Assembly: GCA_046594005.1 (NCBI GenBank)
Contig: JBKJQM010000127.1
Location: 1 to 32,095, forward strand
DNA: 32,095 bases
Direction: 5' to 3'
DNA from: Mycobacteriales bacterium
GTDB taxonomy: Bacteria > Actinomycetota > Actinomycetes > Mycobacteriales > SCTD01
This document shows, in pieces, positions 15,978 to 23,405 of this stretch. How positions within the stretch are numbered: the first letter of the stretch is position 1; every line of letters begins with the position of its first letter. The notes under the pieces are model-generated. The model saw only the letters and a list, made by a program, of their open reading frames with translations. It was not told the origin of the DNA and searched no databases. Made by a program: the position numbers and the translations under genes.

Positions 15978-16580
15978 ATGAACAAGCGCCACCTCACCGC
16001 GTCCGCGCTCCTCGCGTCCGCACTCGTCCTCACCGCCTGCGGCAGCAGCGGCGACGACACGGCCGCCGCCAACGGTGGCAGCAGCACCAGCGCCGAGACG
16101 GCCAAGGGCAACGACGCCGACATCGCCTTCCTGTCCGGCATGAAGCCGCACCACGAGCAGGCCGTCGAGATGAGCGAGATGGTCCTCGCGGCGAACCCGC
16201 CCGCCGAGGTCGCGGCGATCGCGCAGCAGATCAAGGGCGCACAGGCCCCCGAGATCGAGCAGATGACGACCATGCTCGCGGACCTCGGCGAGGGCGCCGA
16301 CGGCGGCCACAGCATGGGCAGCGGCATGGACATGGGCGCTGCCGGCCACGAGGGGATGATGAGCGACGCCATGATGACAGCGCTCGACGACGCGACCGGC
16401 ACCGACGCGGCCCGGCTCTACCTCGAGGGCATGGTCCGGCACCACCAGGGCGCCATCAAGGCCAGCGACGACGAGATCGCCGAAGGGAAGTACGCGCCCG
16501 CCCTCGAGCTGGCGAAGAAGATCAAGGCGGCGCAGACCACCGAGATCGCCGAGATGCAGGACCTGCTCGCGAACCTGTAG
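15978..16580 (+). CDS. DUF305 family lipoprotein (ferritin-like four-helix protein, associated with copper homeostasis)
   Basis: 200 aa. The lipobox is LVLTAC. There are two DUF305 signature repeats: DIAFLSGMKPHHEQAVEMSEMVL and RLYLEGMVRHHQGAIKASDDEI, plus two ...AQ.PEI.QM-type helices. Confidence 0.85.
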   Translation: MNKRHLTASALLASALVLTACGSSGDDTAAANGGSSTSAETAKGNDADIAFLSGMKPHHEQAVEMSEMVLAANPPAEVAAIAQQIKGAQAPEIEQMTTMLADLGEGADGGHSMGSGMDMGAAGHEGMMSDAMMTALDDATGTDAARLYLEGMVRHHQGAIKASDDEIAEGKYAPALELAKKIKAAQTTEIAEMQDLLANL

Positions 16581-16586
16581 CCGACC

Positions 16587-16625
16587 GCAGCGTGCCCCGT
16601 CCAGCCCGTGGACGGGGCACGCTGC
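16587..16625 (+). terminator. 17-bp perfect stem / 5-nt loop hairpin immediately after the DUF305 gene
   Basis: GCAGCGTGCCCCGTCCA gcccg TGGACGGGGCACGCTGC, read directly, begins 7 nt after the TAG. No U-tract follows, which is common in high-GC actinobacteria. Confidence 0.7.
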
Positions 16626-16629
16626 GTGC

Positions 16630-16776
16630 ATGACCCCGCTCAGGAGACCGGCCGCCGGACTGCTCGCGGTCGCGGCGGACCGCACCGTCGGCAGCTGCAG
16701 CGTCGTCCGTCTGGCCGACGGGACCTGGGTCGTCGACGGCTGCACCGCCAGCGTCCCGAACACCCCGCCGACGTAG
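16630..16776 (+). CDS. possible small protein (48 aa, two Cys)
   Basis: The ATG ORF reads MTPLRRPAAGLLAVAADRTVGSCSVVRLADGTWVVDGCTASVPNTPPT with high GC3. No SD is present and the ATG abuts the terminator hairpin, so support is weak. Confidence 0.3.
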   Translation: MTPLRRPAAGLLAVAADRTVGSCSVVRLADGTWVVDGCTASVPNTPPT

Positions 16777-16797
16777 CGACGAGCCGAGGAGGCCCGC

Positions 16798-17526
16798 GTG
16801 ACCGCGAGACTGAGGAGGCACCCCGTACTGTCCGCCGTGCTCGCCGTCCTGCTCGTCCTCGCCGCCGTCTGGGCCGTCAAGCTCGTCCGGCTCCAGCGCA
16901 GTGTCGCCGCGAACGCCTCCTACTGGGCCGAGCCCCGCGGCCAGGCCGGCGGGCTGCTGTACGTCGCACTCGGCGACAGCGCCGCGCAGGGCATCGGCGC
17001 GAGCAGTCCGCGGAGGGGCTACGTGTCCCTCATCGCGGGCCGGCTCCGCGACCAGACAGGCGGGCCGGTCGAGATCGTCAACCTGAGCAGGTCCGGGGCA
17101 CGCATCGAGGACGTCCTGGACCGGCAGCTCCCGGCGCTGGCCGCGCTGGGCAGGACGCCCGACGTGGTGACCGTGGCGATCGGCGGGAACGACATCCGCG
17201 CGTACGACCGGACGACGTTCGCCCAGCAGGTCGACCGCCTGACCAGTGCACTGCCCGCCGGGACCTACGTCGCCGACGCGCCCTACTTCATGCACGGGCG
17301 GTGGGAGCGCGATGCCCAGCAGGCCGCTGAGCTGCTCAGGACGAGCGTCCGCGCGCACGGCCTCGAGCCGGTCGCGCTCCACCAGGCCCTCAGGGCGCAG
17401 GGCTCGCAGGCGATGCTCACGCAGTTCGCCGCCGACTGGTTCCACCCGAACGACCGCGGCCACCGGGTCTGGGCCGACGCGTTCTGGCAGCGCATGCAGG
17501 CGGACCCGGCCCTGCGCCCCCGCTGA
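16798..17526 (+). CDS. membrane-anchored SGNH/GDSL hydrolase
   Basis: 242 aa, with GAGGAGG upstream of the GTG. The N-terminal TM segment is VLSAVLAVLLVLAAVWAV. SGNH blocks are present: block I (ALGDSAAQG), block III (AIGGNDI) and block V (DWFHPNDRGH). Confidence 0.85.
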   Translation: MTARLRRHPVLSAVLAVLLVLAAVWAVKLVRLQRSVAANASYWAEPRGQAGGLLYVALGDSAAQGIGASSPRRGYVSLIAGRLRDQTGGPVEIVNLSRSGARIEDVLDRQLPALAALGRTPDVVTVAIGGNDIRAYDRTTFAQQVDRLTSALPAGTYVADAPYFMHGRWERDAQQAAELLRTSVRAHGLEPVALHQALRAQGSQAMLTQFAADWFHPNDRGHRVWADAFWQRMQADPALRPR

Positions 17527-17551
17527 CCGAGAGGTCTGGAAGGGTGGGGTC

Positions 17552-18736
17552 ATGAGCGGTGCGCACCGGCACGCCGCCCACGGCGAGGGCCCGCAGGTCG
17601 TGCGAGGGCGGCGGGCACTTGCCGCAGCCGTCGTCGTGCTGCTGCTGGCGACCGGCGTCGGGCTGTTCCTGCTGCGCCCCACGGGGGAGGCGGACGGCGC
17701 GTTCCCGAGCGTGGGCGAGCGCGTCAAGGGGACCGTCACCGCCGCCCGGACCTCGCCGTGCCAGAGCGCGAGCCCCGACGCCCCTGCGGGCGCCGACCCG
17801 GAGCTCTGCGTCGCTCTGACCGTCCGCGTCGACGAGGGTCCCGACAGGGGCATCGAGGTCGAGCAGGAGGGCGGCGACAACGCGACCGGCAGGCTCGCTG
17901 TCGGGGACGAGGTCGTGCTCGCCGCCGACCCGGGGGCGACTGACCCCCAGGTGCGCTACCAGCTCACCGACACGCAGCGCGGCACGTCCCTCGCGGTCCT
18001 CGCGGTCCTGTTCGCGGTCGCCGTCGTAGCGCTGGGGAGGCTGCGCGGGCTGCTCGCCCTCGTCGGCCTCGCGATCAGCTCCGTGGTGCTCGTCGGGTGG
18101 CTGGTCCCCGCGCTGCTCGACGGGAGGCCGCCCGTCCTCACGGCGACGGTCGGCGCAGGCGCGATCATGCTCGCGGTGCTGCTGCTCGCGCACGGCCCGA
18201 ACGTGCGCACGGCCACGGCGATCGTCGGGACCGCCGGCAGCCTCCTGCTCACGCTCGGGCTCGCCGCGGCCTTCGTCGAGGCGAGCAGCCTGACCGGCCT
18301 GACGAGCGAGGAGGCGACGTTCGTCCAGGCCGTCTTCGGCGGCCTCGACGTCCGCGGGCTGCTGCTGGCAGGGATCGTCGTCGGGGCGCTCGGGATCCTC
18401 GACGACGTCACCGTCACGCAGGTCGCCGCCGTCTACGAGATCCGCCTGGCCGATCCGGCGATGCCGACGGCAGCGCTGTACCGAGCCGGGCTGCGGGTGG
18501 GCCGCGACCACGTCGCGTCGCTGGTGAACACGTTGCTGCTCGCGTACGCCGGGGCGTCGCTGCCGCTCCTGGTCATCTTCACGACCAGCGGCGAGGGCCT
18601 GGTCGGGACCCTGACCAACGGCGTCGTCGCCGAGGAGGTCGTCCGCACCCTCGTCGGCAGCATCGGGCTCGTCGCCGCCGTCCCGCTCACCACGGCCCTG
18701 GCCGCCGCCACCTGCCCGCCGCGGAGCAGCGACTGA
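17552..18736 (+). CDS. YibE/F-like integral membrane protein
   Basis: 394 aa, starting at ATG with GGGTGGGG upstream. After one N-terminal TM segment and an extracytoplasmic domain there are multiple TM helices. A YibE/F-like stretch reads GILDDVTVTQVAAVYEI...GRDHVASLVNTLLLAYAGASLPLLV. Confidence 0.75.
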   Translation: MSGAHRHAAHGEGPQVVRGRRALAAAVVVLLLATGVGLFLLRPTGEADGAFPSVGERVKGTVTAARTSPCQSASPDAPAGADPELCVALTVRVDEGPDRGIEVEQEGGDNATGRLAVGDEVVLAADPGATDPQVRYQLTDTQRGTSLAVLAVLFAVAVVALGRLRGLLALVGLAISSVVLVGWLVPALLDGRPPVLTATVGAGAIMLAVLLLAHGPNVRTATAIVGTAGSLLLTLGLAAAFVEASSLTGLTSEEATFVQAVFGGLDVRGLLLAGIVVGALGILDDVTVTQVAAVYEIRLADPAMPTAALYRAGLRVGRDHVASLVNTLLLAYAGASLPLLVIFTTSGEGLVGTLTNGVVAEEVVRTLVGSIGLVAAVPLTTALAAATCPPRSSD

Positions 18737-18870
18737 CCCCGGCTCGCCCGAGGTACGCGTCACGACCAGGCCGATGGCAGGGAGCGGGCGCGTGCGCGCG
18801 GCAGTCGGCGCAGCACGCCCAAGACAGGCGCACGTCGATCCGCCGGGCAGGAGCGGCAACCCCAGCAGTG

Positions 18871-20766
18871 TCAGGCGGCGGGGCTGGTCTGCAGCACGCG
18901 CCCGTCCGACAGCCTCAGCCCGTCAGCGCAGCGCGCCTCGACCAGGCCGTCGCCGTACTGCTGGTGGAACAGCGCCGCGTAGCGACCGCCCTGCGCGAGC
19001 AGCTCCTCGTGGTCGCCCTGCTCGACGACGCGTCCGTCATCGACGACGAAGATGACGTCGGCCGCACGGATCGTGGACAGCCGGTGGGCGATCGCGATGG
19101 TCGTCCGGCCGCGCATCAGCGGCTCGAGCGCGGTCTGGACGAGGCGCTCGCTGAGGGTGTCCAGCGCGCTGGTCGCCTCGTCGAGGATGAGCACGGTCGG
19201 GTCCTTGAGCAGGACGCGCGCGATCGCGAGCCGCTGCTTCTCGCCGCCGGACAGCCGGTAGCCGCGCTCCCCGACGACGGTGTCGTAGCCGTTCTCCAGC
19301 TCGAGGATGCGCTCGTGGATCTGCGCAGCCTTCGCCGCCGTGACGACCTCGTCGAGCGACGCGTCCGGCCGGGCGTACGCCAGGTTGTCGCGGACCGTGG
19401 CGTGGAACAGGTAGGTCTCCTGCGTGACCATGCCGATGGCGCCGGACAGCGAGGCCAGCGTGAGGTCGCGGACGTCGTGCCCGTCCAGACGCACCGTGCC
19501 GGACGTCGTGTCGTACAGCCGCGGCACGAGGTAGCTGATCGTCGTCTTGCCTGCACCTGAGGCGCCGACGATCGCGGCGAGCTGGCCGGGTCGCACGTGC
19601 AGGTCCAACCCCTGCAGGGCCCAGCGGCGGGGACGGTCACCGGCCGCCTCCGCCTCGTACGAGAACCTGACGTCCTCGAGCCGCACCTCGCCGCGCGGAG
19701 CGGTCAGCGCCACGGCGTCCGGGCGCTCGAGGATGTCGACCTCGAGGTCGAGGTAGGCGAAGACGCGGGCGAACAGCGCGAGGCTGCTGGTGATCTCGGT
19801 GGAGGTCTGCAGCAGCTGCCCGATCGGCATGAAGAGCCGGGTCTGCAGCGTGGTGACGGCGATGATGGTGCCGGCGCTCGGGCCGTCGCCACGGGAGAGC
19901 TGGACCGCCGCGAGGGCGTAGACGGCGACCGGGGTCAGTGCGAAGAAGCTGGAGACGACGGCGAAGAAGGCCCGGCCGACGATCTGCTGGCGGACCTGCA
20001 GCCGGGCGAGCTCCTGGTTGGCCGCGGCGTACCGACCGGCGTCGCGGTCCTGGCGTCCGAAGGCCTTGGCCAGCAGGACACCCGAGACCGACAGCGACTC
20101 CTGGGTGATGGCGCTCATCTCCGACAGCGCGCCCTGCGTCTGGCCGGTGAGCTGCCGACGGATCCGGCCGACGCGTCCGGTCAGCCAGAGGAAGACCGGC
20201 AGCAGGGCGAGCGACAGCAGGGTCAGCTGCCACGACAGCAGCGACAGGGCCACCAGCGTCGAGACGATGACCACGAGGTTGCCGAGGATCGAGCTGGCCG
20301 TCTCGGTGATGACCGACTGGAGCCCGCCGACGTCGTTCTGCAGGCGGCTCTGGATCTCGCCGGTGCGCGTGCCGGTGAAGAAGCGCAGGCTCAGGCGCTG
20401 CAGGTGTGCGAACAGGCGTCCGCGCAGGTCGCGCATGACGTCCTGACCGACGCGGTTGGTGAGGTAGGCCTGCCAGACCCCGAGCACCGCCCCCACCAGC
20501 GTCGCCGCCGCCATGGCCCCGCACAGGAGCAGGACGATCGGGAGGTCCGGGCCGCCGTCGACGAACAGGCCGCGGTCGAACACCACCTTGATGAGCAAGG
20601 GCGGGACGACACCGAGGCCGGCCGTCACCAGGATCAGCGCGCCGATCGCGGCGACGGCCCGGCGGTACGGCGCGAACAGCCCGACGACCCGACGCAGCAG
20701 CGCGCGGTCCTGTCCGGCCTCGCGCAGCGCCCGTGCGGCCTGGGAGGCGCTGGCCCCGCCCCCCAA
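18871..20766 (-). CDS. ABC exporter, fused permease/ATPase (MsbA/MdlB type)
   Basis: A six-TM exporter domain is followed by Walker A (GASGAGKTT), the signature LSGGEKQRLAIAR and Walker B (ILILDEATSALD). I trimmed the 801-aa track ORF to the TTG at 20766. The longer version overlaps the FMN-reductase gene and reads as Arg/Gly-rich nonsense. The exact start is uncertain. Confidence 0.85.
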   Translation of the reverse strand: MGGGASASQAARALREAGQDRALLRRVVGLFAPYRRAVAAIGALILVTAGLGVVPPLLIKVVFDRGLFVDGGPDLPIVLLLCGAMAAATLVGAVLGVWQAYLTNRVGQDVMRDLRGRLFAHLQRLSLRFFTGTRTGEIQSRLQNDVGGLQSVITETASSILGNLVVIVSTLVALSLLSWQLTLLSLALLPVFLWLTGRVGRIRRQLTGQTQGALSEMSAITQESLSVSGVLLAKAFGRQDRDAGRYAAANQELARLQVRQQIVGRAFFAVVSSFFALTPVAVYALAAVQLSRGDGPSAGTIIAVTTLQTRLFMPIGQLLQTSTEITSSLALFARVFAYLDLEVDILERPDAVALTAPRGEVRLEDVRFSYEAEAAGDRPRRWALQGLDLHVRPGQLAAIVGASGAGKTTISYLVPRLYDTTSGTVRLDGHDVRDLTLASLSGAIGMVTQETYLFHATVRDNLAYARPDASLDEVVTAAKAAQIHERILELENGYDTVVGERGYRLSGGEKQRLAIARVLLKDPTVLILDEATSALDTLSERLVQTALEPLMRGRTTIAIAHRLSTIRAADVIFVVDDGRVVEQGDHEELLAQGGRYAALFHQQYGDGLVEARCADGLRLSDGRVLQTSPAA

Positions 20767-20789
20767 CGGCCCGCCGCCACCCGGCGTGG

Positions 20790-21347
20790 TCAGGACCGCT
20801 CCCGCGACGTCCAGGCGGCGATCGCGTCCAGGACGCCGGCCGCTTCCCGCGCGGGCCACGGCTGCTTCAGGCTGCCGTCCTCGGCGAAGGCGGCGTAGAC
20901 GCGCGGCAGCGCGACCTGCTGGCGCAGCGGGACCATGTCGAGCTCGACCACGACCTGTCGCAGCTGCTCGACCGCGCGCAGCCCGCCACCCGAGCCGCCG
21001 TAGCCGACGAAGCCGACCGGCTTGCCACCCCACTCGGCGTAGACCGTGTCGAGCGCGTTCTTGAGCACGGCCGGGTAGCCGTGGTTGTACTCCGGCGTGA
21101 CCAGCACGTACGCGTCGGCTTCGGCCACCTTGGCCGCCCACGCGCTCTGCGCCGCGTCCTCGTAGCCGCCGGCGGCGGGGGGCTTCGGGAGGTCGAAGAA
21201 CGGCAGGGGCCAGTCGCGCAGGTCGACCAGCTCCAGGCGCAGGTCGTCCCGTGCCGCGCCGACCTCCAGGAACCACCGAGCGACGCGCTCGCCGGCCCGC
21301 CCTTGGCGGGTCGACCCGAGCACGACGTGCACCAGGGGTGCGGTCAC
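20790..21347 (-). CDS. NADPH-dependent FMN reductase family protein
   Basis: 185 aa. Matching stretches are VLGSTRQGRAGERVARW, VLVTPEYNHGYPAVLKNALD and GFVGYGGSGGG. The stop lies 23 nt upstream of the ABC exporter start. Confidence 0.85.
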   Translation of the reverse strand: MTAPLVHVVLGSTRQGRAGERVARWFLEVGAARDDLRLELVDLRDWPLPFFDLPKPPAAGGYEDAAQSAWAAKVAEADAYVLVTPEYNHGYPAVLKNALDTVYAEWGGKPVGFVGYGGSGGGLRAVEQLRQVVVELDMVPLRQQVALPRVYAAFAEDGSLKQPWPAREAAGVLDAIAAWTSRERS

Positions 21348-21451
21348 CGGACGCGCCGCGGAAGCACGAACGCGACAGCGGCGCCGACCTCGAGGTGCAT
21401 CGGCATCAGCTGGGAGGCCGTGGTCCGGACGACGGGTTCGGTGGTGGTCAT
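21344..21451 (-). CDS. 35-codon upstream/leader ORF overlapping the FMN-reductase start
   Basis: Hand translation gives ATG ... MTTTEPVVRTTASQLMPMHLEVGAAVAFVLPRRVR TGA. AGGAGAG lies 5 to 6 nt upstream of the ATG. GC3 is high (about 31 of 34 codons by hand count). Its TGA overlaps the GTG of the FMN-reductase gene (GTGA). Confidence 0.5.
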   Translation of the reverse strand: MTTTEPVVRTTASQLMPMHLEVGAAVAFVLPRRVR

Positions 21452-21472
21452 GAGCTCTCCTGAGGTCTCGGT

Positions 21473-21508
21473 GACAAGTTCATGGTGCAGACAACAGTTG
21501 AGGTTGTC
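21473..21508. promoter_or_regulatory. candidate MarR operator: GACAAC-N7-GTTGTC inverted repeat plus an upstream GACAAG half-site, in the divergent promoter region
   Basis: Read directly: GACAAG (21473..21478), GACAAC (21490..21495) and GTTGTC (21503..21508). They sit in the most AT-rich stretch of the 21452..21539 intergenic region, between the marR-like gene and the leader-ORF/FMN-reductase/ABC operon. Confidence 0.4.
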
Positions 21509-21539
21509 AATCATCTATACGACCAAGTACCTTCGAGGC

Positions 21540-21968
21540 ATGCCCAGCGCTGCGGAGCTCCGTCGCACCGAGGCAGTGGTGCAGGCCTTCCTCGGACTGG
21601 CCGGGCGGATGCGCCAGCACTTCGCCACACGCGTCGCCGAGCTCGACCTCACGCCGCCGCAGGCGCATCTCCTGCGCGAGCTGGCCGGCGGGGCCCGGCC
21701 GATGGGCGAGCTCGCCGGGCAGCTGCACTGCGACGCTTCCAACGTCACCGGGCTCGCCGACCGCCTGGAGCACCGCGGCCTGGTCGAGCGCCGGCCCTCG
21801 CCGGGCGACCGCCGGGTGAAGGTGCTCGTCCTGACCGCCGAGGGCGAGCGGCTGCACGCCTCGCTCGTCGAGCGGCTGATGACCGACTCGCCGCTGACGC
21901 GCGGCCTCACGGCCCGCGACCAGGCGGAGCTGCTACGCCTGCTGCAGCAGCTCGAACCGCCGGGCTAG
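21540..21968 (+). CDS. MarR family transcriptional regulator
   Basis: 142 aa. The winged-HTH region reads LTPPQAHLLRELAGGARPMGELAGQLHCDASNVTGLADRLEHRGLVERRPSPGDRRVKVLVLTAEG. The SD is weak or too close, so the transcript may be leaderless or short-leadered. Confidence 0.85.
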   Translation: MPSAAELRRTEAVVQAFLGLAGRMRQHFATRVAELDLTPPQAHLLRELAGGARPMGELAGQLHCDASNVTGLADRLEHRGLVERRPSPGDRRVKVLVLTAEGERLHASLVERLMTDSPLTRGLTARDQAELLRLLQQLEPPG

Positions 21969-22404
21969 CGGCCGAGCACCTCGCGGCGCAGCGCCGCCCG
22001 CTGCGGGCCGAAACGCACTGCCTCGTAGGCGATCAGCGCGACGAGCAGCGCGGTCACGACGGCGACCGCGCTGCTTGCGTCGCGTCGTCCGTGGCGGCTG
22101 CCGCCCCCAGCACCTCCAGCCCGACGACCCCGCCGCCCATGGCCACGAGGCGGCGCGGTGCGCCCTCGGCGGGCGTCGCCCGGCGGCAGGTGGTCGTCCA
22201 GACGCAGAGCGAGAGCCGCGTCGACAGCGAGCGGGGACGTCGCCATGACCTCCGTGTGCCTCGCGTGGGCCGGCCGTGACGCGACGCAAGACCGGCATGG
22301 GGGGCGAAGCCCTCGGCGCGACGTTCGTCCGGTCACTCACCGGCTACCTCGACACCGCACCACGCATCCGGCACGCTCGTGCCCCGACCCGTGATGGGAA
22401 TGCC

Positions 22405-23133
22405 GTGACCGCTGCACCCGCCAGCTACGACGACCTGACGGCGCTGTTCGTCAACTGCACGCTCACCCCGTCCCCAGGCCTGTCGCACACGCAGCTGCTG
22501 ATGGACCGTTCCCTCGGCCTGATGCGCGACGTCGGTGTCACCGTCGACACCGTCCGCGTCGCGGACCACGTGGTGCCACCCGGCGTCCAGCCGGACATGA
22601 CCGATCATGGCGCGGAGCGCGACGACTGGCCGGCGCTGCAGCAGCGGGTGCTCGACGCCGACATCCTGGTGCTCGGCACGCCGATCTGGCTCGGCGACAA
22701 GTCGTCGGTGTGCACCCGCGTCATCGAGAGGCTGTACGGCTTCAGCGGCCAGACGAACGCGGCCGGGCAGTACCTCTACTACGGCCGCGTGGGCGGCGTG
22801 GTGGTCACGGGCAACGAGGACGGCATCAAGCACGTGGCCATGAGCGTCCTGTACTCGCTGCAGCACCTCGGCTACGTGGTCCCGCCGCAGGCCGACGCCG
22901 GATGGATCGGCGAGGTGGGGCCCGGTCCCAGCTACGGGGATCGCCTGGACGACGGGACGGTGGCCGGCGCCGACAGCGACTTCACCGAGCGCAACCTCAC
23001 CTTCATGACCTGGAACCTGCTGCACCTGGCCAGGATGCTGAAGGACGCCGGCGGGATCCCCGCCCACGGCAACGTCCGTACAGCGTGGGACACCGGCACC
23101 AGGTACGGGCTGCACAACCCGGAGTACCGGTAG
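22405..23133 (+). CDS. flavodoxin-like fold / NAD(P)H-dependent FMN reductase family protein
   Basis: Matching stretches are LFVNCTLTPSPGLSHT, ADILVLGTPIWLGDKSSV and GGVVVTGNEDG. I chose the GTG at 22405. The track ORF starts at 22276, but the extra N-terminus is not protein-like. Confidence 0.75.
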   Translation: MTAAPASYDDLTALFVNCTLTPSPGLSHTQLLMDRSLGLMRDVGVTVDTVRVADHVVPPGVQPDMTDHGAERDDWPALQQRVLDADILVLGTPIWLGDKSSVCTRVIERLYGFSGQTNAAGQYLYYGRVGGVVVTGNEDGIKHVAMSVLYSLQHLGYVVPPQADAGWIGEVGPGPSYGDRLDDGTVAGADSDFTERNLTFMTWNLLHLARMLKDAGGIPAHGNVRTAWDTGTRYGLHNPEYR

Positions 23134-23206
23134 CACCCGGGGCCGGCCGGCCGCCGGTCCTCGGTCCGTACGGCGCTCGTCGCCGGGATCACTGCAGGGA
23201 CGAACG

Positions 23207-23232
23207 GGAGGAGCCCAGAGGGACACTCCTCC
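23207..23232 (+). terminator. hairpin GGAGGAG-N12-CTCCTCC downstream of the flavodoxin-like gene
   Basis: Read directly: a 7-bp stem and 12-nt loop about 75 nt after the stop at 23133. No U-tract follows. It could be a terminator or a structure in the 5' region of the next gene. Confidence 0.3.
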
Positions 23233-23405
23233 AGGATCGGGTCTCTTGCACATGACCCGCTGTGGCCCCGAGATCCGGCCGCATCGAGCATGCCGACGCC
23301 TCGCGTTCTTGTCATGCGGTGGGCACGGGCGCGATCGTTCAGCGACCCGCACCCTGCGCGACACCTGTCCGAGGCACAGTGTGCGCTCCTGACCCTGGAG
23401 GCGGC

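Noticed and set aside
20767-21276. N-terminal extension of the ABC exporter ORF (the track gives 18871..21276, 801 aa).
   Set aside because: The extension overlaps the well-supported FMN-reductase gene in another frame and reads as Arg/Gly/Pro-rich nonsense. I trimmed it to the TTG at 20766, just before the conserved ...LLRRVVGLFAPYRR exporter N-terminus.
21965-22336. A 123-aa minus-strand ORF (possible start ATG at 22246) convergent with and overlapping the marR stop. Its C-terminus is TM-like (AVAVVTALLVALIAYEAV).
   Set aside because: The central part is Arg/Gly low-complexity sequence (RRGRTAPPRGHGRRGRRAGGAGGGSRHGRRD). Many codons end in T, and the GGAGG lies only 2 nt from the ATG. I did not find it convincing enough to list as a feature. 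It could still be a real small membrane protein.
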